Source: a virus (taxonomy: Duplodnaviria; Caudoviricetes). From it: 54,750 nt of DNA. Positions 1 to 9,143 of the stretch are shown here, one piece after another. The position numbers and the translations under genes were made by a program. The stretch lies in IMG/VR virus record IMGVR_UViG_3300022562_001966, positions 1 to 54,750 of that record. One strand, written 5' to 3'. The stretch's first letter is position 1; each line of letters starts with the position of its first letter. The notes under the pieces are model-generated. The model was not told where the DNA came from. It saw only the letters and a program-made list of their open reading frames with translations, and did no database searches.

Positions 1-13
1 ATTAATTTGAGGA

Positions 14-316
14 TTATTCCATCCCTTCGAAAATTGCGGATTGGTGATTGAGTGCCAATTCATACACTTCCAGCATCATTTTTCGGCAAGCTTGAAAAAT
101 CAGTAAATCTTGAATATACCCATATTCAACAAATAGGTTATATTCAAATCGCTTGTAAACATTCTCCATTGTCGTTGCTGTATTTTTTCCATCCCTGCCA
201 TTAATTCGCTTTAAACCTCTAACTTCATCGCTATAGCCTTCAATATCTTTTGATTCAATGAATTTTTCGATCTTTTCAGGAACCAATATGCATTTTTCCA
301 TTACGCGAATGATCAT
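14..316 (-). CDS. Hypothetical phage protein, paralog family A
   Basis: 100 aa; IRVMEKCILVP...GLKRINGRDG...ALNHQSAIF pattern shared with neighbours. Confidence 0.75.
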   Translation of the reverse strand: MIIRVMEKCILVPEKIEKFIESKDIEGYSDEVRGLKRINGRDGKNTATTMENVYKRFEYNLFVEYGYIQDLLIFQACRKMMLEVYELALNHQSAIFEGME

Positions 317-416
317 AATTTATTCTCCAATAAAAGTATTAAATTCCTTTTCGCTGTTTTAAGCATTAGCCATTTTTCTACTTCTACTGCAAAACAAATC
401 ATCCAAACTTGCTGGA

Positions 417-848
417 TTAACTGTAATCTACCCCGCAAACATCGCCATAACCGCTGATATCAAAGCCATCAATATCTACTGTTTCCAAATCAAGGAATTC
501 CAAACGCTGATTTACAGCATTAAGATAATCTTCTGTATCTATTTCTTCATCTTCAATTAATTCCCATCGCTCATTTGGATAAGAAACAGCATAAGGGTAA
601 ATAGTTTCAAGAAACAATATGGAAGTGATGTATCTTGTATCTGTATACCCCGTTTCATCTTCACATTGTTTTTTCATCCAGTTGTAAATCGTTTCAATAT
701 AACTTGAAGATTTTATTCCTGTGCGATTATGAAATCCTTCCAAAATATGTCGGCATTTCCTCTCCATTTGATCGCATCTTGCACTCAATAATTCATTTAA
801 ATCATCTGGCACCAAGAAATGATGATCAGCTATTTTTAATATGCTCAT
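417..848 (-). CDS. Hypothetical phage protein, paralog family A with acidic tail
   Basis: 143 aa; LKIADHHFLVP...FHNRTG...AVSYPNERW. Confidence 0.8.
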   Translation of the reverse strand: MSILKIADHHFLVPDDLNELLSARCDQMERKCRHILEGFHNRTGIKSSSYIETIYNWMKKQCEDETGYTDTRYITSILFLETIYPYAVSYPNERWELIEDEEIDTEDYLNAVNQRLEFLDLETVDIDGFDISGYGDVCGVDYS

Positions 849-1590
849 TTTTTGTCTCCTTATCTATGACAATTACCTCCCATTTAACTTCAGGATTCTG
901 ACTAATCATATCTTGTAATTCATTCATAAATCCAAGAAACATCACAAAAGCATTTTCACCGAATTCATTGATCATTGCGTCTTTGTAATTAATTAATTCG
1001 AGTCGCAATGGTGAAATAAAATCAATTAACGATTCCGCTCCGGTTAAGCCATTCAATTCCGAAAAATCAAATCCAAATCGGCATCGCTGCATCCATGCTG
1101 GATATGGTTCTGACAATCTATATTCATCATTATCATAACCCATAAAAACAGTGCATCGATCAATCATTGGTTCTAATTGAATCAAAGTTTCATTTCCATA
1201 ACTTCCACAAACCGCACTGATTATGTGTAGAAATTCTATGCTGTCAGTTAAGTGCTGTTCAGTATAGATATCGTTTTCAGAAAGAAATTTTTCATATTGA
1301 TTTTTTGTATTTTTAATTATGAATTCCACTAAATCATCAAAATCCTTTGCCCCCATTCCATCATAGAATGACAAATTTGCCGGAGCATTGCTGAACCTGA
1401 ATAAAAGCCAGATTTCTTTTGGTAAATGGAATTGATAGTCAAGCAATTCCAACATATAGTAATCATTAACAACAGATGAAAGTCTTAAACGTTTTTTTCT
1501 GCCTTTTGATACTGCATCTTGGTCAATGACTCTGAATTCATATTCTTCATTATTCATTATTTTCTGTCTCATTTGTTGATTGAGTTTCAC
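826..1590 (-). CDS. Hypothetical phage protein, two tandem family A domains
   Basis: 254 aa; two copies of the motif (LELLDYQFHLP...YDGMGA...CGSYGNE and LNGLTGAES...SQNPEVKW). Confidence 0.8.
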   Translation of the reverse strand: MKLNQQMRQKIMNNEEYEFRVIDQDAVSKGRKKRLRLSSVVNDYYMLELLDYQFHLPKEIWLLFRFSNAPANLSFYDGMGAKDFDDLVEFIIKNTKNQYEKFLSENDIYTEQHLTDSIEFLHIISAVCGSYGNETLIQLEPMIDRCTVFMGYDNDEYRLSEPYPAWMQRCRFGFDFSELNGLTGAESLIDFISPLRLELINYKDAMINEFGENAFVMFLGFMNELQDMISQNPEVKWEVIVIDKETKNEHIKNS

Positions 1591-2008
1591 TATCGATTTT
1601 CAATTCATATTTGATCAATAATTTCTTATAAGCAATTTCATGCATATCAATTGAATGCTTATAGACTTCCACACTTTTTTTACTTTGCTCTACTTCTTCA
1701 GTCAATTGTCTTATTTTTTTACGCAAACTTTTAATTATTTTGTCTTTTGGCGTTAGGTCAATCTTCTCTTTTTTTCTATTCTTTTTGTAATTCTTGCCGC
1801 TAATCTGGTTGATTCGATCAACGTATTCACTGTGATAGTTGTAAATTAATACCCTGTTTATCTTGGCCTCTTTTGCCACATTCGAAATATTTATCTGGCT
1901 ATCTTTTGGTATTACAATTGGTCGATTATAAATCAACCTCTGCAATGCCAATTCAATGATTTCTTTTTGGTATGCTCTGATTGATCGGATTGGAGCTTGG
2001 ACTTCCAT
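1550..2008 (-). CDS. Tn554 TnpC-like / TetR-like HTH plus coiled-coil protein
   Basis: INISNVAKEAKINRVLIYNYHSEYVDRI HTH followed by a C-terminal coiled coil. Confidence 0.65.
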   Translation of the reverse strand: MEVQAPIRSIRAYQKEIIELALQRLIYNRPIVIPKDSQINISNVAKEAKINRVLIYNYHSEYVDRINQISGKNYKKNRKKEKIDLTPKDKIIKSLRKKIRQLTEEVEQSKKSVEVYKHSIDMHEIAYKKLLIKYELKIDSETQSTNETENNE

Positions 2009-2409
2009 TACTTTTTACCTCCATTTTTATCAGCCAATGAATTGAGTAATTTGAATAATTCTGAATTGTGATGGCGTAAATTTGGATAGTAATGCTTTAA
2101 ATACGTTGTTTTCGTTATCAGCCATTTTCTGTTTTTGTTCTGTCTGGCCAATAGATACAATTCTCCCAAACGAAAAAAACAAATCCAGCTATCCATTACA
2201 TCATTGCAATTCGACTGGTTGGAAGGCGCTCGATTGAGAATGGCTTTAAATAATTTAATGATGATGGGCAAAGATTGCGCCCCTGTTTGTTCTTTGATTA
2301 ATTCAATGCCTAAATCATTGCCAGCAGCCAATTCAAATATCCGGCGTTCACTTTCCTCAATACGTATGTATTTTTCTCCGATACAAGCGATTAATTGATG
2401 GCCTTTCAT
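2008..2409 (-). CDS. Hypothetical phage protein, paralog family A
   Basis: 133 aa; GIELIKEQTGAQS...LARQNKNRKW; TAATG coupling to the next gene. Confidence 0.8.
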   Translation of the reverse strand: MKGHQLIACIGEKYIRIEESERRIFELAAGNDLGIELIKEQTGAQSLPIIIKLFKAILNRAPSNQSNCNDVMDSWICFFRLGELYLLARQNKNRKWLITKTTYLKHYYPNLRHHNSELFKLLNSLADKNGGKK

Positions 2410-2458
2410 GGTTTGATCCTTTGCTTTTGTTCTGAGTTTCTTTTTCCTCGTTTATTAA

Positions 2459-2770
2459 TTAGTCACTGTATTGCATAGCGGCTAAAAAAAGCTTGTGAAC
2501 GGTTTTTAACGCATTTTTATAAATCACTTCTGACTGTTTTTTGCTCTTGCAGAAATCCGCATATAGATCGATGATTTCTGTTTTTCTTTCAATCAATGTT
2601 TGATGCAATCCGAATAAAAAATCGGCTTTTAAGTAATCGTTTGGAAGGGAATTTAAATGGTCAAAACCATCGTGATGGTAGATTTTTGCGATTGAATTCA
2701 TTTCTTTTGGAATGATTATAATTTGATCATGAAGCTTTATTTGAATTTGATTATTATTTGTCATGGTCAT
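2459..2770 (-). CDS. Hypothetical phage protein, paralog family A
   Basis: 103 aa; IKLHDQIIIIP...GFDHLNSLP...AAMQY. Confidence 0.75.
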   Translation of the reverse strand: MTMTNNNQIQIKLHDQIIIIPKEMNSIAKIYHHDGFDHLNSLPNDYLKADFLFGLHQTLIERKTEIIDLYADFCKSKKQSEVIYKNALKTVHKLFLAAMQYSD

Positions 2771-2786
2771 TCATCCTGTTTATTAA

Positions 2787-3125
2787 TTATTCTAATTTCC
2801 CTGTTACTTCAATTTCATCAAATGTATCCATATCCAGCCAGACGCTATCTTGATGCTTTAAACAGCATTCCGATATGTGCTTTAATAATTCGATGGCTTT
2901 TGAGGCGCTTCCCGCATTGTGATCAAGTTCTAGTTCTCGGTGGAAAGCTGAATTCGTTTGGATGGATTTCAGCATTCTATTGACTTGATAAAAGGCAATG
3001 GCCCCTGTCATGCCAGCAATGTATTTAATGCCTTTTCCGGTATAGATGGCGTAGAAATGGGGATTGAGATTGCGATTGAAATTGATCAATTCATCTTCAA
3101 TTTTGATGCTGCATTGCATTGCCAA
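2787..3125 (-). CDS. Hypothetical phage protein, paralog family A (most canonical copy)
   Basis: 112 aa; IKIEDELINF...GIKYIAGMTG...CLKHQDSVW. Confidence 0.8.
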   Translation of the reverse strand: MAMQCSIKIEDELINFNRNLNPHFYAIYTGKGIKYIAGMTGAIAFYQVNRMLKSIQTNSAFHRELELDHNAGSASKAIELLKHISECCLKHQDSVWLDMDTFDEIEVTGKLE

Positions 3126-3230
3126 ATATCCTTATTTTGGCGAAATGGAATATTTCTAATTGTTATTGTAACGACAATTGTAATTTTTGCTTGTATTATT
3201 TTAGGTTATTTTTTAACCTGCCTTAAAAGC

Positions 3231-3254
3231 AAAAGAGCGCAAAATGCGCTCTTA
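3231..3254 (-). terminator. Probable intrinsic terminator
   Basis: Stem AAGAGCGCA/TGCGCTCTT followed on the minus strand by TTGCTTTT, just after the 3260..3583 ORF. Confidence 0.5.
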
Positions 3255-3259
3255 AAGAT

Positions 3260-3583
3260 TTATGGCCAGAACGGATTCAGCATCCATTCTGTTATCGCTT
3301 CAATGTATTTCTTATCCAGAAAGCTTACGGCCTGTACCAAATCAAACTCATTGTCATTTGAATGAGACCAGACCATCAAAGCAAATTGAAGTAAAATAAT
3401 TTGGCCGGTTGAAGCGGTTGCAAAATAGTCATCCACTCTTTGAATGTCATATTCTGGCGAAAATTTATCAAAATTAAACAGCCTGTGAATATGGATGCCT
3501 TTTTCAGCCAGCCAATCAAAATAATGCCGTTGCTCTGCTGTCATGTCGCATTTGATATCAAAATCCTGATCCCATATTTTCAT
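3260..3583 (-). CDS. Hypothetical phage protein
   Basis: 107 aa ORF with RBS (AAAGGGG), co-oriented with neighbours. Confidence 0.75.
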   Translation of the reverse strand: MKIWDQDFDIKCDMTAEQRHYFDWLAEKGIHIHRLFNFDKFSPEYDIQRVDDYFATASTGQIILLQFALMVWSHSNDNEFDLVQAVSFLDKKYIEAITEWMLNPFWP

Positions 3584-3606
3584 AATATTTACCCCTTTCT
3601 TTTTGG

Positions 3607-4002
3607 TTAATTAACAGGCAATGGCCCTATAATACTGGTTGCCATACTTTCAATTTGCTCTTGCGCTGTTCGGCCATCTTCTGACACGAAATGCAATTCT
3701 GTAATCCGGCAAACGCACGCTCGATTGCGGCAACTGTATTGCAGAGCAAATTCATTATTGCCATTCAGGAACGGAAAATTGAATGACATATATGCCTTTC
3801 GATTTTCCGTAATCAAAGTAACTTTCTCTGCTATATCTGTTGATACCAGAACATCATCAATTACCGGAACTCGATTACGATCAATTTGATCAATGGGCAT
3901 AAAACCTGTTACTGGCGATAATACAACGCGCCCAAATCGGTTCTGGTAAACGAATGGCTGATTGGTTTCTGGTATTGACCAGTCGTAATTTCGAGTAGCC
4001 AT
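3607..4002 (-). CDS. Hypothetical phage protein
   Basis: 131 aa ORF with RBS (AAGGA). Confidence 0.75.
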   Translation of the reverse strand: MATRNYDWSIPETNQPFVYQNRFGRVVLSPVTGFMPIDQIDRNRVPVIDDVLVSTDIAEKVTLITENRKAYMSFNFPFLNGNNEFALQYSCRNRACVCRITELHFVSEDGRTAQEQIESMATSIIGPLPVN

Positions 4003-4048
4003 GATCCTTATTCCTGTAATTAAGTGAGGTGGGGCTTTCGCCCCTTCC

Positions 4049-4285
4049 TTATAAATATCGATAAATTCCGTCTTTTACACAAATGACAGTCGGTTCATAA
4101 ATCGCCTTTAGCATGTTCTTTTTTGATCGACTGATTTTCATTTTTTGACAATTAACCGGAGTGCCATCGACTGTGAACCCACCGGCAAGCTTGATTGAAT
4201 TTCCTGAATCTGGGGCATTCAGCACTTCTCCAACCACTTCACCATACATATTCAACATTGCTGCTCGACCTTGATTGCTTGGCAT
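4049..4285 (-). CDS. Hypothetical phage protein
   Basis: 78 aa; strong RBS GAGAGGA directly downstream of a consensus promoter. Confidence 0.7.
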   Translation of the reverse strand: MPSNQGRAAMLNMYGEVVGEVLNAPDSGNSIKLAGGFTVDGTPVNCQKMKISRSKKNMLKAIYEPTVICVKDGIYRYL

Positions 4286-4323
4286 TTTGTTTCCTCTCTC
4301 ATTCGCTGCTTTGTATAGTTATA

Positions 4324-4351
4324 ATTATAGTCAATTTGCGCTAATTGTCAA
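4324..4351 (-). promoter_or_regulatory. sigma70 promoter with spacer operator
   Basis: Minus strand TTGACA-N16-TATAAT; CAATTAGCGCAAATTG at 4332-4347. Confidence 0.8.
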
Positions 4352-4365
4352 AGAGAAATTATGAA

Positions 4366-4806
4366 TCAATAGAAAATATTCTCTGGAAACGAAAGCAATC
4401 TAACAAATGATACTTTTTTGATTTCAGTAATCCGCTTTCTTTTTACAAGTTCACAAACGACTTTATGAACTTGCTTTGCTTGCTCAATGTTTGTTGTTCG
4501 ATAACATTGCCTTTGATCAACCCCCCGCCAAATACCGCATCGCTTTGTAAATATCATTGTTTCAAAAATAATCACATCATTGTGCTTATCACGACCATGC
4601 TCAACTGACAGTAACACTGTTGAAATTCGGCATCCGTTGACATAATTTTCAGCCAACTGATTATTCCATTTTGGATATTCCCTTTTGTAATTAAGATAAT
4701 CAATAAAATTAAATGCTTTTATTTCACCGCTTTCATCAAATGTAAAAAACAGTCGATCATCCATTAGTGATGATTCCTTCAATATTTTAATTTTTTCGGC
4801 AAACAA
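4366..4806 (-). CDS. Conserved phage hypothetical protein
   Basis: ISTVLLSVEHG...IFETMIF motif typical of a common small phage family. Confidence 0.7.
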   Translation of the reverse strand: MFAEKIKILKESSLMDDRLFFTFDESGEIKAFNFIDYLNYKREYPKWNNQLAENYVNGCRISTVLLSVEHGRDKHNDVIIFETMIFTKRCGIWRGVDQRQCYRTTNIEQAKQVHKVVCELVKRKRITEIKKVSFVRLLSFPENIFY

Positions 4807-5144
4807 TCCATTTTCTTATTTGCAGATTCAAATATGGCTAAATACTTTTTTGGCACTTTCATATCATTATCAAATTCAGCATCACCAAAATAAGCATGGC
4901 CACGATCAATTAAGCCGTTAGATTCCGAACCGATATCCTTTACTAACACCAATCGTGCAAATACAGGAATTCCAACTTCACTGACTACGGTTCGTTTTGG
5001 CGGCCAAACTTCTGATACTTTTTCCGAGTGTTCATAATCGATAATATCTTGATATTGATCGTCATAACACCACTCACATTTCCATTCGTAACAAGACTTG
5101 ACGCGAATGGAATCTTTAAATTCTTTTGTATTGTATATGCTCAT
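4779..5144 (-). CDS. Hypothetical phage protein
   Basis: 121 aa; TAATG coupling with the upstream gene. Confidence 0.7.
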   Translation of the reverse strand: MSIYNTKEFKDSIRVKSCYEWKCEWCYDDQYQDIIDYEHSEKVSEVWPPKRTVVSEVGIPVFARLVLVKDIGSESNGLIDRGHAYFGDAEFDNDMKVPKKYLAIFESANKKMDCLPKKLKY

Positions 5145-5368
5145 TACCCTTGCGCCTTCTCATATTCTTTAACCAGCTTTTCAGCGTATTTTTTAATCCG
5201 CTCTTTGTATTCAGGTTCATCTGGCACCCAAACACCATAACGCTTCAAACCTTGTTCTTCTCGTCTTGCTTTAAACGCGGTAATCGCTCGTCTGTCTCTT
5301 GCGCGTTTCATTTCCAATTGTTTTGGTGTCAATTCGTCCACTGTGGGAACATATCGCTCGTATGCCAT
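5144..5368 (-). CDS. DUF3018 / MazE-like ribbon-helix-helix protein
   Basis: FKARREEQGLKRYGVWVPD motif. Confidence 0.55.
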   Translation of the reverse strand: MAYERYVPTVDELTPKQLEMKRARDRRAITAFKARREEQGLKRYGVWVPDEPEYKERIKKYAEKLVKEYEKAQG

Positions 5369-5439
5369 TTTGAAGTCTCTCTTTATTTGTTGATGAATTG
5401 TTTATTCAACACTCACTCTAACAGAGTAGGCAATGAGTG

Positions 5440-6546
5440 CTAATCTGTCAAATGATTTAATGTTTCAGGGTTGATATCCTGATTCACACTGGTATCACGA
5501 ACAAACACAATGCGACTGCCAATCGGTTTGTTTTTATGCTCGCCTTTGTAATAGCGTTCATTTATAAGCTGCCGAAAAAACCATCGGCGATAATGCGCTT
5601 TCCGATCACTGTCACTAACCAAATGTTTGCCAACTGTCTGTTTTTGCCATTTGCCGTGATTTAATGGCTCTATGTGTTTTGGCTCTTTTGATTCGGGATA
5701 ACCGCTCTCAATTGCGCCGGGAAAACTTGAGCAATATACCCCCAACATCACAACAAGTCGTGAAATGATGAATTGCAGATGCGAATCTGTTTCTGTTTCT
5801 TTAGACAAATGATCGTATTCGAATTTATTGAATTTACCCAATATTTTTACGTACTCATCATAATTCTGAGATTTCAGCACAGGCAACAATTCACTTTCAG
5901 GAATACAAATTCGTAAAAGTGGCGATACAAGATTGCCGGATTCAACTTTATCCGTGAAATAATTTATTGCTAGGGTTTTATCATTTGCATAATCCCCGCC
6001 GCGATTCATTTTGACTTTGCCAAGTCCTGCTAATTCTGCAAAATTCAGCATGACTTTTTCACGCTCATCTGGCGACATGTAAGAGACCAGCAAACCTTTT
6101 ACTTCTATACCATCGATCGAAAATCCTTTTGGCATCGCCAATATGAATATATCATGCGGCATTTTGAAATGTTCAAGAGTGCTGAAATCGCATTTCGCTT
6201 CATAAAGTGATTTCAGTAATTCAGAACTGGCTGGGAAAATAACATTCCGATCAGAATGGTTGATCCATTGATTTTCCTCCATTAACACAACGGTATCCAT
6301 CGATGGCAATAAATCTTTAACAACATTTGATTTATACAAATAAGTCATTGCCTCTTTATATGCGGCCTTACCTTTTTTCTTGGATTTTTTATTGATGCCT
6401 CGCGTCTTTCGAATGGTTTTTTCCATCGTATCGATAAGCAAAGAATAATAATCGTATTTCATAATAGTTTGATCCTGATTTTGTTTATCGCCTATTCCCT
6501 CAATCAAGAGGGAATAGGGAATGGAATTTGTTGCGTAAACTTTCAA
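5440..6546 (-). CDS. Conserved phage hypothetical protein
   Basis: 368 aa; basic C-terminal HYRRWFFRQL...IVFVRDTSVN motif. Confidence 0.8.
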   Translation of the reverse strand: MKVYATNSIPYSLLIEGIGDKQNQDQTIMKYDYYSLLIDTMEKTIRKTRGINKKSKKKGKAAYKEAMTYLYKSNVVKDLLPSMDTVVLMEENQWINHSDRNVIFPASSELLKSLYEAKCDFSTLEHFKMPHDIFILAMPKGFSIDGIEVKGLLVSYMSPDEREKVMLNFAELAGLGKVKMNRGGDYANDKTLAINYFTDKVESGNLVSPLLRICIPESELLPVLKSQNYDEYVKILGKFNKFEYDHLSKETETDSHLQFIISRLVVMLGVYCSSFPGAIESGYPESKEPKHIEPLNHGKWQKQTVGKHLVSDSDRKAHYRRWFFRQLINERYYKGEHKNKPIGSRIVFVRDTSVNQDINPETLNHLTD

Positions 6547-6823
6547 CCATTTTTATTTGTTGCTCGCCAGATTCGTCAAGTAGGGATTGCAAAAATTCCC
6601 TGACAGGCAAATTATAATCGCCATCAACTTCAAATTGAGTCATTAAAACATTGTCGCAATTGACCACCAAGACTGGCTTAAAAAGTCCAGTAAAACCCAT
6701 TTTAAATTCAAGGTTGAATTCTTCACCATTCTTTTCAATTTTTGCAAAATAATGGCGAATATTTTCACCGCGATTAATGTCTTTCAAGTTTTTAACTTTC
6801 ATATATTCTGGCAATTCGATCAT
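6500..6823 (-). CDS. Hypothetical phage protein (start refined to MIELPEY)
   Basis: ATG at 6823 with GAG-rich leader downstream of the promoter at 6861-6889. Confidence 0.65.
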   Translation of the reverse strand: MIELPEYMKVKNLKDINRGENIRHYFAKIEKNGEEFNLEFKMGFTGLFKPVLVVNCDNVLMTQFEVDGDYNLPVREFLQSLLDESGEQQIKMVESLRNKFHSLFPLD

Positions 6824-6860
6824 GGTATTTCTCACTCTTGGTTGTTTTTCACACAATTGA

Positions 6861-6889
6861 AGTATATGCGCTTTGCGCTAATTGTGCAA
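6861..6889 (-). promoter_or_regulatory. sigma70 promoter with spacer operator
   Basis: Minus strand TTGCAC-N17-TATACT; spacer carries CAATTAGCGCAAAGCG. Confidence 0.7.
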
Positions 6890-6974
6890 GAGGATACGCA
6901 AGAAATATTTAACTAACTGACTTTGTGGTTTGGAAAGGAATCAGGGGCCATGAAAACCCCTGTAATCGTTATTC

Positions 6975-7268
6975 TTATTTTCTCATGCGCTTATCGGCTT
7001 TAGGATAAAACGGCGCTGGATCGGCAATGCCATCCCATTGGGCTAGAAAATCAACGGCCTCTTGGTGCGTTCCGAAACAAATACGGCCATTATTCACAAA
7101 GTCTCGATCAAGATCACAGAAAACGCCGACTGTGTATATCATTCGATGTATGCCGTAAAATTTACCATCAATTATGCGTATATGACGATATCCGGCGTGA
7201 AAAAGATGCAGAAATAATGCAAATTCTTCTGGACTAAAATCCTCAGCTTGAGAATCAATAAATTGCAT
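6975..7268 (-). CDS. Conserved phage hypothetical protein
   Basis: 97 aa; MIYTVGVFCDLD...RICF...WDGIADP pattern. Confidence 0.7.
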   Translation of the reverse strand: MQFIDSQAEDFSPEEFALFLHLFHAGYRHIRIIDGKFYGIHRMIYTVGVFCDLDRDFVNNGRICFGTHQEAVDFLAQWDGIADPAPFYPKADKRMRK

Positions 7269-7288
7269 ATTAATTGCTCTGGGAATGA

Positions 7289-8308
7289 TTAATGAATAAT
7301 TGGATTCATTTCGGTTTCAGCATCTTGTGATTTTATGGCTCTCTCATAAAGTGTATAGATAATGGTTTCTGTTAAAAATGCAATTGTGCATTTTTCAATA
7401 AATACATCTTTATCTACATTCATTATCTCTGCTAATTCTAATGCAGCATTAATATCATTTTCTTTTATCACATTATGTAGTTTTTCTTTATCATCTTTTG
7501 ACCATGTTTTTATAGTCTTTGTGAAATATGACACCATTCGATTATAGAAAATGGATAATTTATACATGCCAATTGAAAATAACAAAGCTTCTGTATAACC
7601 TGAATTTCTTAATGAAACGCATTTTTTAATACTGTATTCAAGCCGATAATCAAATTCCATTGAGTTAGCCTGTTCTAAATAACCATCCCTTTCAGATTCA
7701 CTCAGACTGATATAGGCGCACTCACCATGATCTTCTATTGATGGGCATTCTTTTGAGAGAAAATATTTATATCCTTCTTTATAATTTTTGTTATCAATGA
7801 AAGTTGCTAAGTCTGGATGCTCTGATTTCAATCTGCCAAGCAACAAATCTTCAACTTCAATCATCTGATTATTGTATAGATTGATATAATTGACAATCTG
7901 AATTAAGAACTGATAACCAAGTTGCAACTTCTTATTTAATACATAATCATTTTCACTATTCTCTAAAATATCTGACAATACATTTATGCTTGGCTCATTA
8001 ATATTTGAATCATTTCTCAGATTCATATCCTCAACAACAAGATCAGCAATTGAATCCCTTGCTTGCCATACCAGAATTTGTTTCTCGAATACTCGATTCA
8101 GTGAAATAAGATCATAAATACATTGCTTGATACCAACGGAATGATTCACTTGCATAAACAGCATAAATCCAGCAATTGGACGACTGATTTTCATATCCTT
8201 TATTCTGTTGTCTATAAATTCTTTTTCACCATCAAGAAATAATTTCGGAATGAGTAATTCTGTATTTTCATTATTCATTTTCTGATCCTTTTTGATAAGT
8301 TTCTGCAA
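7289..8308 (-). CDS. Helical hypothetical protein, paralog family B
   Basis: 339 aa; LLFSIGMYKL motif; likely true start MNNEN. Confidence 0.8.
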   Translation of the reverse strand: MQKLIKKDQKMNNENTELLIPKLFLDGEKEFIDNRIKDMKISRPIAGFMLFMQVNHSVGIKQCIYDLISLNRVFEKQILVWQARDSIADLVVEDMNLRNDSNINEPSINVLSDILENSENDYVLNKKLQLGYQFLIQIVNYINLYNNQMIEVEDLLLGRLKSEHPDLATFIDNKNYKEGYKYFLSKECPSIEDHGECAYISLSESERDGYLEQANSMEFDYRLEYSIKKCVSLRNSGYTEALLFSIGMYKLSIFYNRMVSYFTKTIKTWSKDDKEKLHNVIKENDINAALELAEIMNVDKDVFIEKCTIAFLTETIIYTLYERAIKSQDAETEMNPIIH

Positions 8309-9143
8309 TTAATTTGTGTTGATTGATTCCTGTAACGTTCAAAATGGCAACCATCAAAAACCATCTTTTCACTTCTCTCTCAATTTGCGCTATTTCTGCT
8401 TGGCTTACATTTGATGTATCTATTACATCTTCATTACAATTGCAGAATCTTTCAAATAGCGGCGGATTGATTTCACCAAAGTAATAAAATCCCAATGCGT
8501 TCGCTACGCCCATTGCGAATTCAGCATTATCCAATATCATGCTTTTCTGAAATGCTTTTGCTTGATGCAATTTAAATTTAGTAGAAAATATTTCATGAAC
8601 CTTTTCGTGATATATATTTTCATTAATCAGCGTCAATTTATTCAGATAGCCATCTGGTTTATATTCAAATCCTCCCATTTTCCAGCGATTGTTATATGCC
8701 CATATTCTTGCTTCCTCTTGACCAAAAGTGTATGCGTCACGAAATTCAGAATTGCTTGCTTTAATTTGATTAATGAATCTGATTAATGTTTTTTTATCAA
8801 GGATAAATCGATCTAAAGCAATTTGATAAGAATCATTGGCTTTTAATGCCTCATAAAATCTTGCTTGTATTTTTCTGCCTTCATCGTCTTTAGGAATCTC
8901 TCCCGCTCTGGAAATAATTACAATAGCCTCTTTAAAGCTTTTCCCACCTGTGATTTCTTCTGATAATTTCTCTAATGTCAGGTTGTTTTCTATCCATCTA
9001 TCCCCTGCCTTTGGCATATTTAATGCCCACAAAACTCCGGCCATGTAATAATATTTGCGGGATAAAAATCCATACGCAAAAGCAGGAACCGCTTTTTCAG
9101 GCAATAATGGCAAGTCAAATTCTGTATCTATATCAATGGTCAT
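8271..9143 (-). CDS. Helical hypothetical protein, paralog family B
   Basis: 290 aa; GVLWALNM and FKLHQAKA...GVANALGF motifs. Confidence 0.8.
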   Translation of the reverse strand: MTIDIDTEFDLPLLPEKAVPAFAYGFLSRKYYYMAGVLWALNMPKAGDRWIENNLTLEKLSEEITGGKSFKEAIVIISRAGEIPKDDEGRKIQARFYEALKANDSYQIALDRFILDKKTLIRFINQIKASNSEFRDAYTFGQEEARIWAYNNRWKMGGFEYKPDGYLNKLTLINENIYHEKVHEIFSTKFKLHQAKAFQKSMILDNAEFAMGVANALGFYYFGEINPPLFERFCNCNEDVIDTSNVSQAEIAQIEREVKRWFLMVAILNVTGINQHKLIAETYQKGSENE

